From NCBI RefSeq assembly GCF_013149785.1, contig NZ_JABEZU010000002.1, positions 558,001-622,000 on the forward strand: a DNA stretch of 64,000 nt, written 5' to 3'. This DNA is from Isoptericola halotolerans. GTDB taxonomy: Bacteria > Actinomycetota > Actinomycetes > Actinomycetales > Cellulomonadaceae. This document shows, piece by piece, positions 1 through 7,970 of this stretch; within the stretch, counting starts at the first letter, position 1; every line of letters starts with the position of its first letter. The translations under genes and the position numbers were made by a program. Under the pieces are notes generated by a model. The model was given only the letters and a program-made list of their open reading frames with translations, searched no databases and was not told the DNA's origin.

Positions 1-372
1 GAGTCCGGCATCGACTTCGAGGCGATGCTCGCCACGATGGGGCGCTTCAACGAGGAGATGATCGAGGCCGGGGTGCTGCTGGCCGCCGAAGGGCTCGAGG
101 AGCCGGACAAGGGCGTCGTGGTCGACTACTCCACCGAGGAGCCGACCGTCACCGACGGCCCGTACGGCGAGACCAAGGAGCTGTTCAACGGGTACTGGAT
201 CCTCGACGTCCCCACCATCGACGACGCCGTCGCGTGGGCCAAGAAGGCTCCGCTGGCCGGGCCGGGCATGAAGTCCGAGATCCGCCGCATCCCGACGATC
301 GACGAGTTCCCGGCGGACAACGAGTGGATCCGTCGCGAGCGTGCCTGGCGCGAGCGCACGGGCCAGCTCTGA
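1..372 (+). CDS. YciI/DGPF-domain protein (5' truncated by window)
   Basis: Frame open from base 1 (ESGIDFEAML...); VTDGPYGETKELFNGYW and EIRRI motifs. Confidence 0.88.
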   Translation, partial: ESGIDFEAMLATMGRFNEEMIEAGVLLAAEGLEEPDKGVVVDYSTEEPTVTDGPYGETKELFNGYWILDVPTIDDAVAWAKKAPLAGPGMKSEIRRIPTIDEFPADNEWIRRERAWRERTGQL

Positions 373-416
373 GCCGGACCGTCGACCACCCCACCAGACC
401 TGAGGACGAGGACATC

Positions 417-839
417 ATGACGAAGTACATGCTGATCATGCGAGGGACCGACGAGGGCAGGGCTGCCTTCGAGGCGACGGACTTCACCGAGGTCATCGCT
501 GCGATGGGCCGCTACAACGAGCAGATGATGGACGCGGGGGTGCTCGCCGCGGGCGAAGGGCTCGCCGACGCCTCCGAGGGCGCCGTCGTCGACTTCTCCA
601 CCGACACGCCGGTGGTGACGGACGGCCCCTACGGGGAGACCAAGGAGCTGTTCAACGGCTTCTGGATCCTGGACGTCTCCAGCCGCGACGAGGCGATCGA
701 GTGGGCCAAGCGGGCGCCGCTCAGCGGCCCGGGGACCCGGCTCGAGGTGCGGCGCATCAACGGCGTCGAGGACTTCCCGCAGGACAACGAGTGGATCCAG
801 AAGGAGAAGGAGTGGCGCCAGGAGCTCGGGACCGAGTGA
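417..839 (+). CDS. YciI/DGPF-domain protein (tandem paralogue)
   Basis: ATG at 417 after GAGGA; MTKYMLIMR...VVTDGPYGETKELFNGFW. Confidence 0.9.
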   Translation: MTKYMLIMRGTDEGRAAFEATDFTEVIAAMGRYNEQMMDAGVLAAGEGLADASEGAVVDFSTDTPVVTDGPYGETKELFNGFWILDVSSRDEAIEWAKRAPLSGPGTRLEVRRINGVEDFPQDNEWIQKEKEWRQELGTE

Positions 840-2167
840 GCGGCGCACGGGAGGTGTCCGGCGTCGGGGCCGAGCAGGGTCCCGACGCCGCGCGCCGTGC
901 GGTCGAGGCGACGTGGCGCATCGAGTCCGCCCGGATCGTCGGCGCGCTGGCCCGCTACACCGGCGAGCTCGCGCTGGCCGAGGACGTCGCCTCCGAGGCC
1001 GTCGCCGAGGCGCTGGTCGGCTGGCCACGGGACGGCGTGCCCCGCGACCCGACGGGATGGTTGCTGGCCACCGGGCGCCGACGGGCCATCGACGCGTTCC
1101 GTCGGCGGTCGGCGCGCGACGTGCGCTACGCGGCCTTCGCCCGGGACCTGGGCGAGGGTGGGGCGCACGGCGGCGCGACGCCGTCGGGCGCCGAGGAGCC
1201 CGACCTGCTGTGGGACCCCGACCGCATCGAGGACGACAAGCTCGCCCTGATCTTCACCTCGTGCCACCCCGTGCTGTCCAAGGAGGCGCGGGTCGCGCTG
1301 ACGCTGCGCGTCGTCGGTGGGCTGACCAGCGAGGAGATCGCCCGCGCCTTCCTGGTGCCGACGGCCACGATCCAGGCCCGCATCACCCGGGCGAAGAAGG
1401 CCCTGGGTGCGGCGCGGGTGCCGTTCGAGGTGCCGCCGGCCGCCGAGCGGGCCGCACGCCTCGGCTCGGTGCTCAACGTCCTGTACGTGATCTTCACCGA
1501 GGGGTCGTCGGCCTCCGGGGGCGACGACTGGATCCGCGCGGACCTGGCCCGGGAGGCGATCCGGCTGTCCAGGGTCCTGACGCGGCTCGTGCCCGACGAG
1601 CCGGAGGCCGCCGGACTGCTCGCGCTGCTCGAGCTGACGGCCGCCCGCTTCCCGGCGCGCACCGGTCCGGACGGCGAGCCGATCCTGCTGGCCGACCAGG
1701 ACCGACGTCGGTGGGACGCCTCGGCGATCCGGCGCGGACGGGCAGCGTTGGCGCGCGCCGAGGCTGCCGGGCGCGGTCTGGGGCCGTACGGGCTCCAGGC
1801 CGCGATCGCCGAGCAGCACGACGTCGCACCCTCGGTGGAGGGCACCGACTGGGCGCGCATCGTCGTGCTGTACGAGGCGCTCGGCCGGGTGGCGCCGTCG
1901 CCGGTGGTGGACCTGAACCGGGCCGTGGCCGTGTCGATGGCCTCCGGGCCCGCCGAGGCGCTCGAGATCGTCGACGGGCTCGTCGCCGGCGGCGCCCTGC
2001 CGGGCTCGTACCTCCTGCCGAGCGTGCGCGGCGAGCTGCTGTCCCGGCTCGGACGGCCGGACGAGGCGCGGCGCGAGCTGGAGGCCGCGGCACGGCTGTG
2101 CGGCAACGAGCGCGAGCGAGCAGTCCTGCAGGCCAAGGCCGCCGCGCTGGAGGAGCTCTCAGGCTGA
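836..2167 (+). CDS. ECF42-type RNA polymerase sigma factor with C-terminal TPR-like extension (DUF6596)
   Basis: GTGA overlap with upstream gene; region 2 (LAEDVASEA, WLLATGRRRAID), region 4 (LTSEEIARAFLV...QARITRAK), GPYGLQAAIA and VVDLNRAVA extension; DGPF neighbours. Confidence 0.9.
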   Translation: MSGAREVSGVGAEQGPDAARRAVEATWRIESARIVGALARYTGELALAEDVASEAVAEALVGWPRDGVPRDPTGWLLATGRRRAIDAFRRRSARDVRYAAFARDLGEGGAHGGATPSGAEEPDLLWDPDRIEDDKLALIFTSCHPVLSKEARVALTLRVVGGLTSEEIARAFLVPTATIQARITRAKKALGAARVPFEVPPAAERAARLGSVLNVLYVIFTEGSSASGGDDWIRADLAREAIRLSRVLTRLVPDEPEAAGLLALLELTAARFPARTGPDGEPILLADQDRRRWDASAIRRGRAALARAEAAGRGLGPYGLQAAIAEQHDVAPSVEGTDWARIVVLYEALGRVAPSPVVDLNRAVAVSMASGPAEALEIVDGLVAGGALPGSYLLPSVRGELLSRLGRPDEARRELEAAARLCGNERERAVLQAKAAALEELSG

Positions 2168-3175
2168 GGGAACCGGACGAGGCGGCCGACGGCGCGAGGG
2201 CAGCGTGGCCACCGCGACCCCCACCAGGGCGAGGACGCCGCCGACCAGGGCAGCCGGGGGAGGAACCTCGGCGAGCAGGGTCCACGACAGCAGGACGACG
2301 ACGGCCGGCACCGCGTACGTCGTGGCGGCGGTGCGCCCGGCGCTGGCCCGCGTCAGGACGTACCCCCAGGTGCTGAACGCGATGGCCGTGGGGAAGACGC
2401 CGAGGTAGATGATGCCGAGGACGGTCGACGTCGTGGCCCCGGACACCTGGCTCACCAGGCCCGGCAGGAACGGCAGCGACACCGCCGTGCCGGCCAGGCA
2501 GCCCATCCACGTCATGGTGAGGGCGTCGACGAACGGGAGCAGGCGCTTCTGCAGCGTGGCAGCACCGGCGTAGAGGACGGCGGACACCAGGCCCAGCAGC
2601 ACGCCCACGGCGTCGAACCGCCCGGACGAGGTGGCGGCGGCGATGACGACGACACCGGCGAACGCGACCGCGATCCCGACCAGCAGTCGCCGGGGGAAGC
2701 CTTCGCCGAGGACCAGCCCGGCGAGCACCGCGACCAGCATCGGGGCGATGTTGACCAGCAGCGCGGTGGTCCCGGCGTCCAGGTGCTGCTCGGCGGCGTT
2801 GAGGGTGAGGTTGTACGCGCCGAACCACGCCACGCCCCAGACCAGGACGAGCAGCAGCACGCGGCCGCGCGGGACGGCGGTGCGCCCCGGGCGCGTCGTC
2901 CGGTGGGCGCCGTGCGGAGCGCCCTCGCTGCCCACCGCGCGCAGGCGTCGCCGGGTCCGGACGACGAGGACCATCGCCGTCAGGGCGACGCTGCCCACGG
3001 CGACACGGCCCAGCGTCAGCGGACCGGGGTCGACGTGGTGGCCGACGGCTCGGATCGCGACGAAGGCCGAGGCCCACAGCAGCACGGTGACGGCAATCGC
3101 CGTGGCCGTGAGGAGGCCGGCCCGGGGGGTGCCGGTCCGGCCGGGGGCGGTCGCCGGAGGGTGAGTCGTGGTCAT
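2159..3175 (-). CDS. EamA/DMT family transporter
   Basis: About 10 hydrophobic helices; LLWASAFVAIR and YLGVFPTAIAF motifs. Confidence 0.9.
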   Translation of the reverse strand: MTTTHPPATAPGRTGTPRAGLLTATAIAVTVLLWASAFVAIRAVGHHVDPGPLTLGRVAVGSVALTAMVLVVRTRRRLRAVGSEGAPHGAHRTTRPGRTAVPRGRVLLLVLVWGVAWFGAYNLTLNAAEQHLDAGTTALLVNIAPMLVAVLAGLVLGEGFPRRLLVGIAVAFAGVVVIAAATSSGRFDAVGVLLGLVSAVLYAGAATLQKRLLPFVDALTMTWMGCLAGTAVSLPFLPGLVSQVSGATTSTVLGIIYLGVFPTAIAFSTWGYVLTRASAGRTAATTYAVPAVVVLLSWTLLAEVPPPAALVGGVLALVGVAVATLPSRRRPPRPVPSA

Positions 3176-3257
3176 GGTCCGATGGTCACCCGAGACAAAG
3201 GTTCAGCACTAGTCCTGATATCTACCGGACTCTTCAGTCGCGCTGTAGCGTTGACCC

Positions 3258-4157
3258 ATGCTCGACGTCCACCGTCTGCGCGTCTTCCGGTCCGTGGTGG
3301 CGAGCGGCTCCGTCGCCGCAGCCGCCGCCAACCTCGGGTACACGCCGTCCGCCGTGAGCCAGCACGTGTCGGCGCTCCAGCGCGAGACCGGCCTGCAGCT
3401 CCTCGCCCGGCACGGCCGCGGGGTCCGCCCCACGGCGGCCGGAGAGGCGCTCGCGGCCCAGGCCGACGCCGTCCTCGCCCGGCTCGGCGAGGCGGAGTCG
3501 TTCGTCGCGGACCTGCGCTCCGGCCGCACCGGAAGGCTCTCGATCGCCTACTTCGCCTCGGTCGGCGCGGCCTGGCTGCCGCACGTGGTCAGCGCGCTCA
3601 CCGACAGGTTCCCCCGCCTGCGTCTGGAGCTGGAGCTGCGTGAGGACGTGCCCACCGACCCCGGGCAGCGTGCCGACCTGCAGGTGCTGGTGGCCCGACG
3701 AGGCCACGAGCCCGGCCGGGGCCTCACGGCGCACCACCTGCTCGACGACCCGTACGTCGCCGTCCTGCCCACCGATCACCCGTTCGCGGACCGTGACGAG
3801 ATCGAGCTCGCCGAGCTCGCCGACGAGGCGTGGATCGACAACGACTTCGCCCGTGGCTGGTGCCGCCGCAACCTCCTCGAGGCCTGCCGGGCCGCCGGCT
3901 TCAGCCCGGCGTTCCGTGTCGAGGCGCACGACTACCCGACCGCGCTGGCCTTCGTCGCGGCGGGCATCGGCCTCACGGTGCTCCCCGCGCTCGGCGCCGT
4001 GCACCTGCCGCCCGGCACCGTCGGCGTCCCGGTCGTGCGCCCCACTCCCTCGCGGACGGTCTTCGCGGTGGTGCAGGACGCCGTCGCGCACACCCCACCG
4101 CTCCGGGCGGCGCTCGAGAGCCTCCGCCACGTCGCCGGCGTGCCGACGCCGGGTTGA
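3258..4157 (+). CDS. LysR family transcriptional regulator
   Basis: HTH motif GSVAAAAANLGYTPSAVSQHVSALQRE; divergent from EamA gene. Confidence 0.95.
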   Translation: MLDVHRLRVFRSVVASGSVAAAAANLGYTPSAVSQHVSALQRETGLQLLARHGRGVRPTAAGEALAAQADAVLARLGEAESFVADLRSGRTGRLSIAYFASVGAAWLPHVVSALTDRFPRLRLELELREDVPTDPGQRADLQVLVARRGHEPGRGLTAHHLLDDPYVAVLPTDHPFADRDEIELAELADEAWIDNDFARGWCRRNLLEACRAAGFSPAFRVEAHDYPTALAFVAAGIGLTVLPALGAVHLPPGTVGVPVVRPTPSRTVFAVVQDAVAHTPPLRAALESLRHVAGVPTPG

Positions 4158-4232
4158 CCGACCCCGCGTACGCTTGACGTGCCCCGCCGCCGGGCCTGAC
4201 CCGCGGCTCCCCGAGAACGGATGAGGTTTCCC

Positions 4233-4634
4233 GTGACCACCCTGCCCACCGCCACCGGTTCCTTCGGCGACAAGCCCGAGATCACCTTCCCCGCGGGCGA
4301 CGCGCCGTCCGGCCTGCAGGTGCAGGTCCTCGCCGAGGGCGACGGCCCCGTCGTCGACGCCGGCCGCACCATCGTCGTCAACTACCTCGGCCAGACCTGG
4401 GGCGGCGACGTCTTCGACAACTCCTGGGACCGCGGCCAGACCATCGACTTCCCGATCGGCGTCGGCGCCGTCATCGGCGGCTGGGACAAGGGTCTCGTCG
4501 GGCGCAACGTGGGTGACCGCGTGCTGCTGTCCATCCCCGCCGAGCACGGCTACGGCTCGCGGGGCGTGCCGCAGGCCGGCATCCCCGGTGGGGCGACGCT
4601 CGTCTTCGTCGTCGACGTCGTCGGGGTGCGCTGA
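4233..4634 (+). CDS. FKBP-type peptidyl-prolyl cis-trans isomerase
   Basis: VNYLG...FDNSWDRG, VIGGWDKGL, GYG...IPGGATLVFVVD; GTG at 4233 after GAGG. Confidence 0.93.
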   Translation: MTTLPTATGSFGDKPEITFPAGDAPSGLQVQVLAEGDGPVVDAGRTIVVNYLGQTWGGDVFDNSWDRGQTIDFPIGVGAVIGGWDKGLVGRNVGDRVLLSIPAEHGYGSRGVPQAGIPGGATLVFVVDVVGVR

Positions 4635-4643
4635 GCCTTTGTC

Positions 4644-4742
4644 GGGCGGGGCAGGAGACCCCGCGCACGGTCGCGTTCACGCGCCCCAGGGGGCGCTCCA
4701 CTTCGGGGATGACGACCGTGCGCAGGGTCTCCTGCCCCGCCC
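4644..4742. repeat. Long palindromic intergenic element (30-bp stem plus inner hairpin); REP-like, possibly a bidirectional terminator
   Basis: Arms 4644-4673 and 4713-4742 are reverse complements with 1 mismatch; between convergent genes; related copy at 20331-20421. Confidence 0.85.
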
Positions 4743-4806
4743 TTCGTCGTTCCGCTCGCCCGGCGCTGGGCACTCGGGTCTCGGTGCTTGAGGGGGGCAG
4801 AGGCGG

Positions 4807-6045
4807 TCAGGGCTTGCGGGAGCGGGTGACCGTGAAGCGGGGGTCCTGGGCCACGTGCTCCGTGGGGCCGACCGCGCGGGCCAGCGAGCCGCGGTAGCGC
4901 AGCTTCGTGTTGAACACGCACCACAGCTCGCCGCCGGGCCGCAGGATGCGCCCGGCGGTCGCGAACATCCGGTGCGCGGCGTCGGTGCTGACGGCCGCAC
5001 GGTCGTGGAACGGCGGGTTGAGCAGCACGAGGTCCGCGCTCGAGTCCGGCAGGTCGCTGCCGACGTCGCCCCGTGACACGGAGCCCTCGACCCCGTTGGC
5101 CGCGAGGGTGGCCCGTGCGGAGGCGACCGCCGCCGCCGACCGGTCGGTGGCGGCCACCCGGGAGTCCGGGTAGCGCCGGCCCAGGACCACGGCCAGCAGC
5201 CCCGTACCGCACCCGAGGTCGACGGCGTCCTGCACGCGGGCCGCGCTCGGCCAGCGACCGGCCGTGCTGAGCAGGAACCGGGTGCCGTGGTCGAGCCCGG
5301 TGCCCGCGAAGGTGCCCCCGTGCGCGACGACGTCGACGTGCTCGGGCGCGGTCGCGTCGTCGTGCGTGGGGGTGGCCGCCGCGAGCAGCTCCGGGTCGGT
5401 CAGGCGTGCCCGGGCCGGGTAGAGCGGGGTCGCGGTGCGGGCCTCGGGTCGCACCCCGGTGGCGACGAGGGCGCGGGACTTGCTGCGCGCCAGCGTGGCC
5501 CGGACCTCGGTGAACCGGTCGGCGAGCACGTCGTTCATGGACCGGGTCATGTGCTTGAGGCGGCCACCGGCCAGCACCGTGACGTCGTCGGCGGCGTACC
5601 GGGCCACGGCCTCGGTGATCTCGGTGAGCTCGCCCAGCGACTTGGGGAGCTGCAGCAGCACGAGCCGGGCACCGTCGAGCAGCTCCGGGCCCAGCTCGTC
5701 CGACGTCGCGATGCGAGACGGGGCGTCCGGCAGGTCGAGCGCCTCCTGCGCCCGGGTGGCGTTGTGCAGCGTCGCGGCCTCCGAGTCGATCGTGTCGTGG
5801 TGGGCGCGGACGGTCTCGGCCCCGAGCGCCAGGACGCCCAGCGTCAGCGCCCCGAACCGGTCACCGAGGACGACGACGCCGCGCGGACCGGCGCCGGCGA
5901 CCAGCAGGGCCGACTCGGTCAGCAGCAGGCGGTCCGTGGCGTCGACGGCGACGGGGCCGTCGGGGCGGGTGCCGTCGTCGGGCCAGGGGACCAGCGAGGC
6001 GAGGGCGTCGGTCACGGTCGGGGGCAGTGCGGCGGGGGGTGTCAC
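4807..6045 (-). CDS. Class I SAM-dependent methyltransferase, RsmC/RlmG-like rRNA (guanine-N2) family
   Basis: DLGCGTG, LLNPPFH, LDHGTRFL; N-terminal LQLPKSL domain; start inferred from TACGGT-N6-GTG. Confidence 0.85.
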   Translation of the reverse strand: MTPPAALPPTVTDALASLVPWPDDGTRPDGPVAVDATDRLLLTESALLVAGAGPRGVVVLGDRFGALTLGVLALGAETVRAHHDTIDSEAATLHNATRAQEALDLPDAPSRIATSDELGPELLDGARLVLLQLPKSLGELTEITEAVARYAADDVTVLAGGRLKHMTRSMNDVLADRFTEVRATLARSKSRALVATGVRPEARTATPLYPARARLTDPELLAAATPTHDDATAPEHVDVVAHGGTFAGTGLDHGTRFLLSTAGRWPSAARVQDAVDLGCGTGLLAVVLGRRYPDSRVAATDRSAAAVASARATLAANGVEGSVSRGDVGSDLPDSSADLVLLNPPFHDRAAVSTDAAHRMFATAGRILRPGGELWCVFNTKLRYRGSLARAVGPTEHVAQDPRFTVTRSRKP

Positions 6046-6067
6046 GGCACGACCGTAGTCTGAGCGC

Positions 6068-6388
6068 ATGACCGAAGCCACGTCGTCGGACGCTCGGGTG
6101 TCCATCACGTACTGCACGCAGTGCCGCTGGCTGATGCGCGCCGCCTGGGTGGCCCAGGAGCTGCTGCAGACCTTCCGCACGCGGCTCGGCGAGGTCGCGC
6201 TGGTCCCCGGGACGGACGGAGTCTTCCGGGTCGAGCTGGTGCGCACGCCCGGCGAGGAGCCGGTGCTGCTGTGGGACCGCAAGTCCCAGGGCGGGTTCCC
6301 GGAGATCCCGCCGCTGAAGAGGGCGATCCGTGACGCCGTCGCGCCGGACCTGCCGCTCGGGCACACCGACCGCGCGGGCAGCGCGTGA
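6068..6388 (+). CDS. Rdx family (SelT/SelW/SelH-like) protein
   Basis: VSITYCTQCRW (CxxC), LWDRKSQGGFPE. Confidence 0.92.
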   Translation: MTEATSSDARVSITYCTQCRWLMRAAWVAQELLQTFRTRLGEVALVPGTDGVFRVELVRTPGEEPVLLWDRKSQGGFPEIPPLKRAIRDAVAPDLPLGHTDRAGSA

Positions 6389-6459
6389 TCTGAGCGGCAG
6401 TTCGTGGTCTGATCGTCAGTTCGTCCTGCCGTTCAGATCACGAAGTGCCGTTCAGATCA
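6386..6459. repeat. Palindromic array of 19-bp units (2 direct + 2 inverted), consensus TGATCTGARCGGCASTTCG
   Basis: Units 6386-6404 and 6405-6423 forward; 6422-6440 and 6441-6459 reverse. Confidence 0.85.
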
Positions 6460-6864
6460 GCGGTTCTCGCGGGAAGTCTTCTTGGCCGCCTGCTCCGCCT
6501 CGGCGGCGACGCGCTCCTCCTCGGCGCGGACCTTCGCGGCGGTCTCGCGCTCGCGGACCAGCCACTGCGGCGGGTCGGCGCGCAGCTCGTCGATCTGCTC
6601 GGTGGTCAGCGGGTCGGTGATCCCGCCGCGGGCGAGCCCCGCGATGGAGATGCCGAGCCGACCGGCCACGACGGGACGGGGGTGGGGCCCGTTGCGGCGC
6701 AGCTCGGCGAGCCACTCGGGCGGGTGCTCCTCGAGCTTCTCGAGCTCGGCACGGGTGATCCCGTGCTCCTGGAACTCCGGGGGAGTGGCGGGCAGGTACA
6801 CCCCGAGCTTCTTCGCCGCGTTCGACGGCTTGAGGACCTGCTGGGAGAAGGGGGTTCCGGCCAT
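6457..6864 (-). CDS. DUF5997-like conserved actinobacterial protein
   Basis: AAKKLGVYLPATP, PPEWLAELRRNGPHPRPVVAGRLGISIAGL; TACGCT-N6-ATG start. Confidence 0.8.
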   Translation of the reverse strand: MAGTPFSQQVLKPSNAAKKLGVYLPATPPEFQEHGITRAELEKLEEHPPEWLAELRRNGPHPRPVVAGRLGISIAGLARGGITDPLTTEQIDELRADPPQWLVRERETAAKVRAEEERVAAEAEQAAKKTSRENR

Positions 6865-6916
6865 GGGCCCAGCGTAGTCGCCGGTGGGCTGCCGCGGCGC
6901 CCCGTAGCCTGAGCGG

Positions 6917-7819
6917 GTGAGCGACGACACGCACCCCGCGCCGACCGGGGACGACGACGGCGGGACGGGTCCGGGCGGCAGCCCACGGCTGCGCTGGGGC
7001 TACGTCCCGGGCGCCACCCCCGGCAGGTGGGCGCGGACGTGGGAGCAGCGGATCACGGACGTCCCCCTGGAGCTGGTCCCGCTGGCCGCCGCCGACGTGC
7101 CCGCGGCCCTGCGCGACGGCGACGTCGAGGCGGCGCTCGCGCGTCTGCCCGTCGACAAGGACGTGTTCCACGCCATCCCGCTCTACGACGAGCTGCCCGT
7201 CGTGGTGGTCTCGCGCGACCACCTGCTCGCCGCGACGGAGGAGTCCGAGCGGGTCACGACCGACGACCTGGCCGACGACGTGCTGTGGGTGCCCCGGGAC
7301 GACGTGCTGTTCGGGGCTGGTGCGGAGCGTCCGGGGCGTCCTCCCGAGCCCTATGACGACGGCTCCGGGACGCTGGTGGCCCCGGAGCCCTTGACCACCG
7401 AGGAGGCGATCGCCTGGGCTGCCGCCGGGTCCGGCGTCGTGGTGGTCCCGATGTCCCTCGCCCGGCTGCACCACCGCAAGGACACGGTCTTCCGGGTCGT
7501 CGAGGGGCTGCCGGAGGCCTCCGTCGGTCTCGTCTGGCTGCGCGACCGCAGCGAGGACGAGATGACCGAGCTCGTCGACGAGCTCGTGGGCATCGTCCGA
7601 GGTCGGACGGCGAACAGCTCGCGCGGCCGGGGTGCTCCGGCCGAGCCCGCGCCCCAGAAGGTCAAGGCAGCGGACAAGGCGGCCGCCAGGGCGGGGAAGG
7701 GCCGGTCGGCCGCGGGCAAGGACGCCGGTGCCGGTCGGGGCCGGGGCCGGGCCGCGGGCGGTCGAGGTGGCGGGACGAAGGGCAAGGGCCGCCCGAGCAA
7801 CGGTCGCCGCGGGCGATGA
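6917..7819 (+). CDS. LysR substrate-binding-domain protein lacking HTH, with basic Gly/Arg-rich tail
   Basis: GYVPGATPGRWAR, HAIPLYDE, VVVVPMSLARLHHRKD, GIVRGRTANSSR. Confidence 0.8.
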   Translation: MSDDTHPAPTGDDDGGTGPGGSPRLRWGYVPGATPGRWARTWEQRITDVPLELVPLAAADVPAALRDGDVEAALARLPVDKDVFHAIPLYDELPVVVVSRDHLLAATEESERVTTDDLADDVLWVPRDDVLFGAGAERPGRPPEPYDDGSGTLVAPEPLTTEEAIAWAAAGSGVVVVPMSLARLHHRKDTVFRVVEGLPEASVGLVWLRDRSEDEMTELVDELVGIVRGRTANSSRGRGAPAEPAPQKVKAADKAAARAGKGRSAAGKDAGAGRGRGRAAGGRGGGTKGKGRPSNGRRGR

Positions 7820-7970
7820 TTTGGGGGTGAAAAGCGACAGGCGCGCTCTTTCCCCCTTCCCCTGGTAAGTCCGATTCGCTAGCATCGCGTGCGCACCTTG
7901 CGGCGACCTCCTCGGACCACCGATAGTCACGACCGCGTGGGCATCCCGACCTGACTCACCTAGGAGCGCC

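Noticed and set aside
4644..4742. Integron attC site or IS ends
   Set aside because: No clear RYYYAAC/GTTRRRY ends, no cassette array, no integrase or transposase, no target duplication seen
6068..6388. Selenoprotein
   Set aside because: Motif is CxxC with Cys codons; no in-frame TGA at the redox site
6386..6459. Possible mini CRISPR array
   Set aside because: Units are contiguous with no spacers, half are inverted, and there are no cas genes
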